Shown here piece after piece: positions 38,518-50,317 of a stretch of DNA of 64,000 nt. Position 1 is the stretch's first letter. Each line of letters begins with the position of its first letter. This stretch comes from Octopus vulgaris. Taxonomy: Eukaryota. The DNA is taken from assembly GCA_951406725.2 (NCBI GenBank), contig OX597826.1, positions 72,850,001-72,914,000 on the forward strand, in the 5' to 3' direction. Under the pieces are notes generated by a model. The model did no database searches. It was not told where the DNA came from and saw nothing but the letters and a program-made list of their open reading frames with translations. The translations under genes were made by a program, and so were the position numbers.

Positions 38518-38768
38518 TTGTTTGTCCCCCCCATCAACGTCGCTTGACATGCGATTCTGGTGTGTTTACGTCCCCGTAACTTAGTGGTTTGGCAAAAAGA
38601 GACCGATAGAATAAGTACTAGGCTTACAAAGAATAAGTCCTGGGGTCGATTTGTTTGACTAAAAGGTGGTGCTCCAGCATGGCCGCAGTCAAATGACTGA
38701 AACAAGTAATAGAATAAAAGAATATGAGCATCAAATGGATTTTTTTCTGTTTTTATTTCTATTTGTAG

Positions 38769-38926
38769 CTGAATTATTATACCAAGATCCTGTCAGTGGG
38801 GCCCCTACCTCCTTTCTACAGCGATTAAATGAGATTGCAGCCCTTGAAGCTGAAACTGTTCGCCAAGAGAGAGCACGGAAACTGAAGAAGAAGAACAAAC
38901 ACGATAAGGAATCTTACAGCTACTGA
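38769..38926 (+). CDS. C8orf89-like protein, last coding exon (conserved C-terminal motif)
   Basis: AELLYQDPVSGAPTSFLQRLNEIAALEAETVRQERARKLKKK...* closely matches the recalled human C8orf89 C-terminus [30 protein letters not shown]. Phase 1 acceptor tttctatttgtag, AATAAA at 39242-39247. Confidence 0.8.
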
Positions 38927-39373
38927 CCATTGGTCTCGGTAAGCTCAGGTCTCAGTTGGTAGCTTCAGGAAATGGCTTTACAGCACCCTGTGAGGTGATG
39001 TGTAACAGGAGCCACCGGTGCATACAGAGATATCTCGATGTGGAACAAGGTATTTCCAAGACATCCCAGCAAACAAAGTGCCATATAGAAAGAATTGTGG
39101 GATTTCAGCCAAAACAGCCCTCGCCATCCCCCATCTTACAATTTTCTCACAGGAAATCAATAATCATCCCTTCATATGAAGTCGTTGAATCAACAAAACT
39201 CTTTCTTGAAATCATAATTAACAAAATCAGAGATTATTCTAAATAAATATTTACAAGAATATGTTTTTTAAATCTTTCTTTTGTCTATATGTACAGCAAA
39301 GCCATAACACAATCAAATAAGTTCCTGAAGTTACTGCGCTAAAGGTATATAAGAAACGGTAAATGGTTCAAGA

Positions 39374-39595
39374 AAGGCGGCGAGCTGGCAGAAACGTTAG
39401 CACGCCGGGCGAAATGCTTAGCAGTATTTCGTCTGCGTTACGTTGTGAGTTCAAATTCCACCGAGGTCGACTTTGCCTTTCATCCTTTCGGGGTCGATAA
39501 ATTACGTACCAGTTACGCACTGGGGTCGATGTAATCGACTTAATACCTATGTCTGTCCCCTCTGTGTTTAGCCCCTTGTGGGTAATAAAGAAATA
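39374..39595 (+). mobile_element. SINE family C (GGCGGCGAGCTGGCAGAAACGTTAGC head; CCTTTCATCCTTTCGGGGTCGAT core)
   Basis: Near-identical copies at 52279-52511 (+), 54322-54551 (+) and 56165-56330 (-). Diverged copies near 34010-34260, 49870-50010 and 63017-63215. Confidence 0.85.
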
Positions 39596-41044
39596 GGTAA
39601 CTGGTTCAAGAATTTTCTGCAGGTGTGGCTGTGTGGTAAGAAGTTTGCTTCCCAACCACATAGTTCTGGTTTCAGTCCCACTGCGTGGCACCTTGGGCAA
39701 GGGTCTTCTACTGTAGCCTCAGGCTGACCCAAGCCTTGTGAATGGATTTGGTAGACAGAAACTGAAAGAAGCCTGTTGTGTGCGTGTGTGTGTATATATA
39801 TATAATATATATGCCATTCAGCAGGACTGAATCAGAAACCATGTACTTCTCAGCCATGCCTGTGCCTGTATTCTTATGAACGTTTGTCTCTCCTTGTCTT
39901 GATGTCATGTGATAGTTGTAAACAAGAGTCACCCGCATACAAGCAGTGTTCTTTGTTTCCAATCATCATCATTTAACATCCACTTTCCATGCTGGCATGG
40001 GTTGGACAGTTTGACTGGGGACTGGCAAGTCAGTAGGCTGCACCAGGCCCCAATCTGATCTGGCAAGGTTTCTATAGCTGGATGTCCTTCCTAACGCCAA
40101 CCACTCCAAGAGTGTAGTGGGTGCCTTTCACGTGCCACTGGCAGCAACCATGTTTGGCTGGCATTTTTTATCTTCATCAAATTATGTCCTGCCATGGGGA
40201 AATATTACCTTCCTTAGAAACAGATGAGGGTTGTTGACAGGAAAAAAACCCCCTTCGGTCATGAATGATTATGGCATTGCACCTAGAAAGTTACCCTCTG
40301 AGGCACAAGTCTGGGCAAGGTTATTTTTATGGAAGACCAGCAGTCACCCATGCATACCAGCCTTCCCTCTCCACACCACCGATATTATCCAAAGGCAAAG
40401 CAAAGACCGATACAGCTTGGCACCAGTGATGTTGAAGCTCATTTCTACAGCTAAGTGAACTGGAGCAATGCGAAATAAATGTCTTGCTCAAGAACACAAC
40501 ACACAGCCCGGTCCAGGAATTGAATCCACTACCTCATGATTGTGAGCCTGATGTTCTAACCACTGAGCCACATGTCTTCAAGAAGGGCATCTACCATACT
40601 TCAAACCTTGCTTCAATGAATGCTGTCTGACTGTGATGATGGTAAAGTTTCATTTCTCCTTAAGTCTTTTTAATTGTAGAGATGCTACTCAAACAGACAT
40701 TCCACTTAAATAACGACACTATTGCTTATGTACCTGAAGTTAGTAGTGTTTGAACTTTTTTTTTCTAGTTGTTCTATGTGAAAAATGTGTCTGGCAATGG
40801 GAAAATATCATCTTACTTGGAAACTGGTGAGAGTTAGCAACAGGAAAAGCATCTGGTTGTAGACAATCTGTCTCAAAAAATTCTGCCTGAATCATGCAAC
40901 TATGGAAAAGCAGATGTCAGATGATGATAACTGAGATAACGTTAGGTCAATAATATCAAGATTTCCTGTTTCCATGCTATTAAATATTTCATACATTGTA
41001 TCAATTCATAAGAAACGATTTTACAAAGACAAGAGATCGAAATT

Positions 41045-41145
41045 ATCAATTATAAACATTTTTATTATAAGGTCAACATAAATACAAAATGGTTTGGTTG
41101 GTGCTGTTTCTGTGAATTTTGTTTCAACCAAAGAACCAAGGATCT
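41045..41145 (-). other. COX6C: Probable non-coding last exon (3' UTR) of COX6C
   Basis: Minus-strand acceptor tttctttattttattattattgcag at 41146, AATAAA at 41061-41066. The 3' end is approximate. Confidence 0.55.
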
Positions 41146-41617
41146 CTGCAATAATAATAAAATAAAGAAAGAAATTAAGAATCTTGTTTCTGCAGATTCA
41201 ATACTTTAGCATTTATCTTCATTCAGAGTGGCCTGGTGGTTAGGGTGTTGCACTCACAATTGCAAGATAGTGGTTTCAAATTCCAGACCAGGGCTGTGGA
41301 GCTGGAGTCAGAAACAATTGAGTAGTCGGAGTCGGTAAAACAGACCCCAATCACTTGCTGTGCTTTGGAACAAAAGAATGTTATTGCTTAGTCGTACATG
41401 TGTACATGCAATGTCGATTTGATAGAGGGAGCGATCTAAATGTCTAGCACAAATAACGGATTACTCTAAGCAAATCATGTGTGCAGGTTGTTCAGCAAGG
41501 AATTGCAAGACTCTCATCCACCATTTATGACAGGAGAGTCTGATATAAAAACCAGAGAAAGATATAAGTGTTGAGAATGGTTTAACCCTCATCAACCACA
41601 CTGACAGTCATATTTAA

Positions 41618-41838
41618 CCCTTTAGCTTTTAAACTGGCCATATCCAGACGAAAGTACTCTGCCTGTTTTATGTTCAAACCGACCAGATCTGGTCTCTCAC
41701 ACCAACCCTACAATATCATTTTAAAAGTTTACAGTTACCTCATCAAAATATCATAGCTACAACATAATGCATGATTAGTTCAAAACAATGTGGATAAAAA
41801 AGGATTAATTTTGGCAGAATAATGTAAACACTAAAGGG
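41618..41838. mobile_element. piggyBac-type MITE (221 bp)
   Basis: TTAA|CCCTTTAG ... CTAAAGGG|TTAA. Sister copy at 44069-44289. Confidence 0.85.
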
Positions 41839-42407
41839 TTAATCAAATAAAATCTGTTATGTGTTATTTTTGGAAAAAGGAATGAAGTTTTCCTTAATTT
41901 CAGCAAAATAGTATTTTTCAATTTTCTATTCCTGAAATGAGGAATTTATATTATGTGTTCTTATCTTCATTGTTGATTTCACTACGTTTCAGCCCTTGTT
42001 CACTCCAGCCTTCTTCAGCACTCTTGCGCTGAACTTGGTTGTTGTATCAGAATTTCAAACCTAACCTTTTATTTGAACCATGGAGGTACACTGTTCTCAT
42101 TCCACTCTGTGTTTTTGGCTTCAGTTGATTTTTTTTCTGAATTACCATAGTGCTTTGCCTTGCACTGCACTAACCAACATCTTTACTATGTTATGCCTAC
42201 AGCATAACATAATAGTAGTTTTATACTGACATACATATCTAACACTTGCAGCATTATAAATATTAAAGAGTTAAATCTTAAGCAAGATACATCATTCTAC
42301 TTTATACACATATATATATAACCAGTCATCTGGTTTGCTAGTCCTCAGTCAAATCATCCAACCCATGCTAGCATGGAAAGCGGACGTTAAACAATGATGA
42401 TGAATGA

Positions 42408-42451
<44 letters not shown>

Positions 42452-42705
42452 GTTATAGGATAAAATTTTTTTCGGGAAAAAAATTTTATCAATGGCCAGC
42501 ATATCAAAAAAATGCCTTTAAAGGTAAAATTTATATATAATTTACAAGATAAGGGCAGAAGAAAAATTTTAATGCCAAATATGCCGAAACAAAAAATTTT
42601 TTGTCGATAACCATTATAATTTATGCGTCTCGAAACAAACCCATAGAAATCTCTAAAAAATTCGTGATTACCGTATTGAATTTTTCTTCTGCCCTTATCT
42701 TGTAA

Positions 42706-42753
<48 letters not shown>

Positions 42754-42906
42754 TCATCATCATCGTTTAACGTCCGTTTTCCGCGCTAGCACGGGTTGGA
42801 CGGTTCGACCGGGGATCTGGGAAGCCAGAAGGCTGCACCAGGCTCCAGTCTGATCTGGCAGTGTTTCTACAGCTGGATGCCCTTCCTAACGCCAACCACT
42901 CAGCGA

Positions 42907-42949
<43 letters not shown>

Positions 42950-43309
42950 TATATATAATGGAGAAATTACACAAAATGTATAAACAAATGATGAGTAAAG
43001 CACCGGCACAGTTTTGATTCCCTGCTGTTATCTGTAGATTTATTGCAGGAACTTCGTAGTGGCGGTTGGGGTAACAGTATTAGTAAAATAGATGGAATGT
43101 GTAATAGATTTTATTGGGTACAACACGTTTTGGCCTGTTCTGGGTCTCTTCGGGTACATCAATAAGTCTTGGATTTGATGGACATGTAGCGATACGTAAG
43201 CTGACTCAGTAAATCCCTAGTGAAACTTTTTATTGATGTACCCCAAAGAGACCCAGAATGGCTCAAAACATGTTGTACCCAATAAAATCTATTACACATT
43301 CCATCTATT

Positions 43310-43366
<57 letters not shown>

Positions 43367-43944
43367 AAACTATCAATATCATAACTAAGCTGTTCAAATT
43401 CAGGCAAGACATTGATCCACAGGCACCCACCAACATACCAGAAAGTATCAGCATCATAAATATTAGAAGTGTTGTTAAAACTCGAAGTACTTTGTTGTTG
43501 AAAAGCTCTAATTAGCTCTGCTTAAGTATAAGCACTCCGTCATAGTTACATTTCTGAATAATCAAGGGCTAGGTATCTCTCATAGTTATACATCCATCTG
43601 CTGTGTTACAGAAACGTGTTCTTAAAATCATGCCATAATGTCCAATCCCACAAAGTGAGACCTATTTTCCATTCATTTCCATGCTACATGAAAGTCAATG
43701 GGGAATACATTTCATGGAACAAAATTTCAAATATGGTAACCTTTTCTGGAATGCAATGCCTCTGTAATACAGAGGATTCTAGTATATGACTGCACACCGA
43801 GGAAGTGGATATTCACTGGAGTTGACCCCGGGTGTGTAGTTGAGCATTTACTCTTATTTGAGTTGAGTCTGAAAATAGCAAGAAAAATATAATAGGAGTC
43901 CTACTGTCTAGAACATTGAAATACTCACAATTTCTCGAATTCCA

Positions 43945-44038
43945 TTAAAAGTCTGTGTTTATGTTTCCCTCAGCATCTATACATTGAAAAACTCCAGCGT
44001 TTTTCATTCTCTGAAAGTCAGCTTCAGCATCATAAGTT
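43945..44038 (-). CDS. COX6C: Cytochrome c oxidase subunit 6C, second coding exon
   Basis: tttgttctttacag acceptor in phase 2, giving (K)TYDAEADFQRMKNAGVFQCIDAEGNINTDF*, the canonical YD...F.RM..AG.FQ motif. The exon continues to a GTGAGT donor at 43928. Confidence 0.93.
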
Positions 44039-44068
44039 CTGTAAAGAACAAAACATTATCATTATTAA

Positions 44069-44289
44069 CCCTTTAGCATTTAAACCGGCCATATCCGGCC
44101 AAAAGTATTTGACCTGTTTTATGTTCAAACTGGCCAGATCTGGTCTCTCACACCAACCCTACAATATCGTTTTAAAAATTAACAGTTACCTCATCAAAAT
44201 CTCATAGCTCCAAGATAATGCATGATTAGTTCAAAACAATGTGGATAAAAAAGGATTAATTTTGGCAGAATAATGTGAACACTAAAGGG
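44069..44289. mobile_element. piggyBac-type MITE (221 bp)
   Basis: TTAA TSD, CCCTTTAG TIRs, highly similar to 41618-41838. Confidence 0.85.
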
Positions 44290-47200
44290 TTAAAGAATTG
44301 TTAGAACATGGAAAAAAATACCTTGTGGTATTTCGTCTGGCTCTTTACACCTTCAATTCAAATCCTGCAGGGCTCAACTTAGCCTTTCATTTCTCACAGA
44401 TTAATAATATAAAGTACCAGTTAAATAATAGAGTTGACAGTACTGACTTACTGCCCTTCTCTCATATTTGTAGGACTTGTAACTGAATTAGAAACAATTT
44501 TTGCTGCATTACAAGAGTTAAATGTGATAAAGTTTACCTAATTAGTGGTGAAAATGCAATATTTTATAACTGGATGATAAGGACAGAATTGACCACAGAA
44601 GACTTCTTTGGTAGAGACTATATTTGTATGAATTGGTTGGTTTACATTTTACATACTTTTATATAATACATTGTGATCTGATCAATCATACCTGCACAAA
44701 TACACAATTTAAATATACAGGTAAGGTATAAGATAGCAAACACATCAGTGTGCATGTACGACAGAGTGTAAGTGTCTTGAGAGAAAAATTGGGCATAAGA
44801 GGCATCAGATGTGGTGTGCAAGAGAGAAGACTGCACTGGTGTGGTGTGGTCATGTCATATGATGCGTATGGATGAGGACAAGTGCATAAAGAAATGCCAA
44901 TCTCTAACTGTAGAGGGGAACCTGTGGAAGAGGTAGACCCAGGAAGATATGGGATGAGGTGGTGAAGCATAATCTTTGGAATGTTGTCTTACAGAGGTGA
45001 TGAAAACCTTTGGTGATTTACTGGGTTTGAGAAGCCACGACAAGCCAAGTGAAACTGTAGTTGTGGACAGGGGCCAGTGACATGTAAAAGGCACCCACTA
45101 CATTCTTGGAGTGGTTGGCATTAGGAAAGGCAATCAGCCATAGAAATCAAGCCAAATCAGACTGGAGCCTGGTACAGCTCTCCAGTTTACTCGTTCCAGT
45201 TAAACTGTCCAACCCATCTAACCCATGCCAGCATGGAAAATGGATGCTAAATGATGATGATGATGATGATGAATGAGACAGCTATATGCACTGATTGTAC
45301 ACAGATTACCTAGTAGAAGAGTCTCCCTGAATAGTTAACTCAGAGTGTTTCGAATTCCTGTTAAACTTGTTACTGCCTTTAACTGCAAAATTAAAATTTC
45401 ATAGCTATTCCAGTAATGATGTCAAATATCTACCCCAAAAAATATTTCCTGCAAGTCCCTTTGCCGCAACAAACTCGGCATATCTCGAATATGACATTCC
45501 TCCTCAACAAAAGGTAGATTGGGACACAAAACTGCTCCCCACAGTTAAGGGTAATGAAATTTCGAGTGAATATACCTGATTTCTACAGTAAAAGGGCTAA
45601 AAAGAAGGAGGAGGAAGCAGTCACCACCACCACCACCACCAGTTTACACCTACTTTTCCATGCTGGCATGAGGCTGAGTCAGTTCACTTTTGGGGTTACA
45701 AACCTAAACAAGTTTACAGACCATGTCCTTGTTCTTATGTCCCATTTTGAGATTTGGATGCCCTTCATAGCACCAACCACTTTTACAGAGAATATTAGGT
45801 GCATTTTATTATGATACCAACACTAGACTAGTTTGTATGTTCTTAGCAAGACTAAAACATCCTCTCTATTCTACACTGCTACTGTTTCTTCAACTACTTC
45901 ACATTGTTTACTGGGTGCATTCATCAAGGCACCAATGCTAGAGATTCCTTGTTCCTTGTAAAACTAAAGAATTACCCCTTTACATTGTCTCCATTCATTC
46001 ACAGCCAGGAGAGGGAAGGAGAGTGATGAAGAGAATGAAAGAAGATGGATTATGAGTGTGACCAGAGTAAGAAAGTAGGAGGCAGGGAGTAATGATGCCC
46101 CCCCCCCAACTACTGCTCATCAAATTTAAACCATAACAATATGCTGTACGAGAAAGATGGTGTGATCATGATTAGAATTGCAATAAGAACAGCAACCAAT
46201 CAGGAGACCAGAAGTAATAACAAGGCTGTTAGAGGTAATCATCATCATCATCATCATCATTTAACATCCATTTTCCATGCTGGCATGGGTTAGATGGTCT
46301 GAGTCGAACAGGCAAGTCAGAAGACTACACCAAGCTCTGCTGTCTGTTTAGGCATGGTTTCTATGGCTGGGTGCCCTTCTTAATGCCAACAAGTGAGAGG
46401 ATTATGATGATTTATTGAAGATGTTTCTGAAGGATTGAGTTAAAAAAGAAAATATAAAGCAATAAGGCACAGGTATGGGCGTGAGGTTAAGTTTGGTTGG
46501 CCACCACCAGGTTTTGAACTCGGTCCCACAGTGCAGCATATTGGACAAGTGTCTTCTACAGCCCCAAGCTGACCAAAGCCTTATGAATAGATTTGGTAGA
46601 TGGAAACTAAGAAGCGTGTTTTTTATATAGATATATATAAAAAGCTTCTGTGTTGGTGTCAGATGAAAAACTCTGGCGATGGTGCAATGTAAAAGGCACC
46701 CAGTACACTCTGGTTGGTTGGCATTAGGAAGGGCATCCAGCTGTAGAAACTCTGCCAGATCAGATTGGAGCTCGGGTGCAGCCATCTAGTTCGCCAGTCC
46801 CCAGTCAAATCGTCCAACCCATGCTAGCATGGAAAGCGGACGTTAAACGATGATGATGATGATGATTGTGCGGCAAGTCCCCACCTCATTTGAAGGTATC
46901 ACTTTCCACTTAAAATCTTTCATCTTCAACAAACTCCAAACCATTCTCTGGATACATTTCATCAAATTATACTTGATTTCTATTAGTCTTCAGAAATTTG
47001 CAGAAGAGCTCATCAATTGTTAATAATATACTCTTTGGTTCTTTTCTCCCTAAAAGCTTCATGGTTTTAGAAGTTGGGGAAAAAAAAAAAAAAAAAAAAG
47101 CTACTCAAAACACATAAACAGCACATCTTTTGGTAGACGAATGTAGATAATCTTAATTCTGCATTGGTAGCTAATCTTCAGTTGTAATTGGACCAGATTT

Positions 47201-47507
47201 TAACATTGGGGTTTTGCCAATTTCTGTTACACTGGAGATTTGGCTGAGCACCATGTCTGAAATTCCAGGCACATCAGAGATAAGATCCAAGCAGGTTATA
47301 TTTCTTTGAGCTCAAATTTTACTGTAATAAAACAGCTCTGTTGGTTTCAATTTGCCAAAAAAAAAAAAAAAAAACTTTTACTTCACACCCGAATGGTTAA
47401 CAACAGGGAAGGTAGATAACCAACAAAAACATGAACATAAAAGTCAGTTCTACAGTGATTGTGTATATGATGAACTATATCAGGACAATATGTATTTTAT
47501 CTCATGA

Positions 47508-47931
47508 CTAGCAGCATAGCCCGGCATTGCCCGGGTATGTAAGAGCCCCTAGTAGGCAACGACTAATCCCAATCTAGTCCTTTCCCTCTTGGGAACGAAG
47601 GCGCATGTGCAGGTTGCAATATCTTCTCTTCACTCGAATACTTCTGTGTATACGATGTTCCTAGCTGTCCTTTTGGGCGATAAAAAGGTCGAGTTGTGTC
47701 CCCTAGACAGAAAATGTGTTGCATATAAAAAGCTTAGATTCTCGACCCCATGTCGAATTTATCGATCTTTTTCAGAAATGGGGGAACTTTTCAAAGTTTA
47801 CGCTGCGTTAGTTTTGAATTATGACATTGGGCTATGTGTGTGTCAAGTTTCATCAGAATCGGTTGAAAGCCGTGGTCAGGGTGAGGGTACAACCTGACAG
47901 ACACACAAACTGCCGTTTATATATAGAGAGA
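47508..47931 (-). mobile_element. Complete non-autonomous Helitron (424 bp)
   Basis: On the minus strand A|TCTCTCTATATATAAAC ... CCCGGGCAATGCCGGG hairpin ... CTAG|T: 5'-TC, 3'-CTAG, subterminal hairpin, A-T target and no TSD. Confidence 0.88.
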
Positions 47932-48484
47932 TAACACTGATCCCTGAAGGTGCGTGGCCCAGTGGTTAGAGCATCAGGCTCACAATCATGAAGTAGTGAG
48001 TTTGATTCCCAGGCTGGGTTGTGTGTTGTGTTCTTGAGCAAGACATTTTATTTCGCATTGCTCTAGTTCACTCATCTGTAGAAGCGAGTTGTGAGATCGC
48101 TGGTGCCAAGCTGTATCAGCCTTTGCCTTTCTCCTGGATAACATTGGTGTCATGAAGAAGGAAGACTGGTATGCTCGGGTGACTGCTGGTCTTCCACAAA
48201 CAACCTTGCTCAGACTTGGAGGGGAACTTTCTAAGTGCAATCCCATGGCCATTCATGACAGAAAGGGCGGGGGCTTTAACACTGGCCCTTGGTATCAAGT
48301 TGATCTGAATCTCTTGTTGGCTTTGTCTTGAACAGAGAAGACCACATTAAATAAAGGTGTCCTAAATGTAAACTGCTGGAAAGGAAGATGGGACGGGACC
48401 AGGCCTGTCTAATCAGGACTGATCTGGGCAAAACGTTATCATCAACAGCAAAAGATCACTTGAAGTATAAAATGAATAACATAC

Positions 48485-48651
48485 TTGTAGAATTCAGCAT
48501 ATCTAGCTCTTCTTGGGAGTTGTACTCCGAATTTCCAGGCCAAACCAACTGAAACAGAAACAACTGTCCCAATTGCTAGTTCTAAAGGAAGTCTGGAAGT
48601 GAGAAGATTTCTCATCTTGGGTTTTGCTAATTTGGTTACAGTAGATGCCAT
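48485..48651 (-). CDS. COX6C: Cytochrome c oxidase subunit 6C, first coding exon
   Basis: MASTVTKLAKPKMRNLLTSRLPLELAIGTVVSVSVGLAWKFGVQLPRRARYAEFYK contains the L.KP.MR.LL motif, one TM helix and PR...YAEFY. Acceptor ttttag directly before the ATG, AA|GTATGT donor. The spliced product is 86 aa. Confidence 0.93.
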
Positions 48652-49580
48652 CTAAAACAGAGAAATAGAAAGAGTAAAAAAAAAATTTTTTAATGAATCC
48701 ATTAGGATCTTTTCTGCTTGGTTACCACTTTTCAATTTCTTCAATTTTGTTCCAATTACTTTCAAATTTGGTGTTTTGATATAGTTTTGTATGCTAATTA
48801 CTGACATGAAATTCATTTTCACCATAAGTCAATAAATAAACAGTTAATAGCTTTTAAAGTTTGCAAATTTTTTTCGTAATTTTAGCTATAGACATATAAG
48901 TGCCTGTTTCCATAGTATTTTATGTTGCATTTTCAATATCCACCCCTTGAATGCTTAAAACTAACAAAACGTGTTGTCTACTCAGTTTTTTTTTGGTTAT
49001 TTTTCATTTATTAATTGCTTAAAACATGTGCTATCATTGCAGTGTTGACATTATTGCCTTATCTTATAACTGCAGCTACACACAAAATGATAGCTTCAAA
49101 ATCCTGTTTTCTGACCAGGTAAAAATGATCAAATTTTAAACCTCTGTAACTTTTCAGAAAATTTTTTTTGGAACAAGTGAATTAAGGCCCTGAGATTCAG
49201 CATGAAAAATTACATCAATACACCAAATTTGAAAATTTTCACTTAATTTAAAACTTTCAAAAAGTGTAGCCAAACAGAAAAGACCCATCCATATATTTCA
49301 ATCAATACATCATCGTTCAACGTCCACCTTCCATAAGCCTGCACCATACTTCTCTATCTGTTTTGGCATGGTTTTTTATGGCTTGATGCCGTTCCTATTA
49401 TCAACTGCTCTGCAGAGTGGGCTGAGTGTTTTTTATGTGGCACCAGCACAGGTGAGGTCAGTTTTGGCATGGCTTTTTACAACTGGACGCTCTTCCAAAT
49501 GCCAACCATTTTACATAAAGCGTTTAAGTGTGAGAATTAATCTAAATGACAAATCCTGATAAAACTGTAAGAGTGTTTAA

Positions 49581-49798
49581 CCCTTTTGTTATCAACCCAG
49601 CTGAAACCGGTTCTGGCTCTGTAATACAAATGTCTTGTTTTCATAAGTTTTGAATTAAAGTCTTCCACGAAACCTTATTCACAATTTATGTTTCTAACAC
49701 TAGCTGAATAACTAAGTTATTTTACTAAATTCTTTGTTATATTTAAAGTAATTGAAAGAAACAGAGAGGATCTCAAAATAAATACAGTAGAGAAAGGG
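49581..49798. mobile_element. piggyBac-type MITE, second family
   Basis: TTAA|CCCTTT ... AAAGGG|TTAA. Confidence 0.7.
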
Positions 49799-50275
49799 TT
49801 AAATAAACTCTGGTAAAATGTAATATCTTCATCTTGTTTCTTGTAGTATTATTACAAAACCTCAAGTGAGCTTGTAGAATTGTTAGAACGCCAGGCAAAG
49901 CACTTAGCAGCATTTTGTTCCTTTTTATGTTCTAAGTTCAAAAGTCAACTTAACCTTTTATCCTTCTGGGGATCGATAAAATAAATACCAGCTGAGTACT
50001 GGGGTTGGCGTAATCAAATTACAACCTTACTCTGTGGGACTGAACCTGGAATCGTGTGGTTAGTAAGCAAACTTCTTACCACACAGCTACGCTTATATAT
50101 ATATATATATATATAGGCAAAGGCGTGGCTGTGTGGTAAGTAGCTTGCTTACTAACCACACGGTTCCAGGTTCAGTCCCACAGTATGACACCTTGGGTAA
50201 GTGTCCTCTACCATAGCCTCGGACTGATCAAAGCCTTGTGAGTAGATTTGGTAGACAGAATTTGAAAGAAGTCTG

Positions 50276-50317
<42 letters not shown>

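Noticed and set aside
46870-47065. Minus-strand reading MKLLGRKEPKSILLTIDELFCKF...
   Set aside because: Multiple stops and no recognisable family.
48442-48484. C-terminal YVIHFILQVIFCC of the COX6C ORF in the track
   Set aside because: Intron read-through past the GTATGT donor. The true C-terminus is at 43945-44038.
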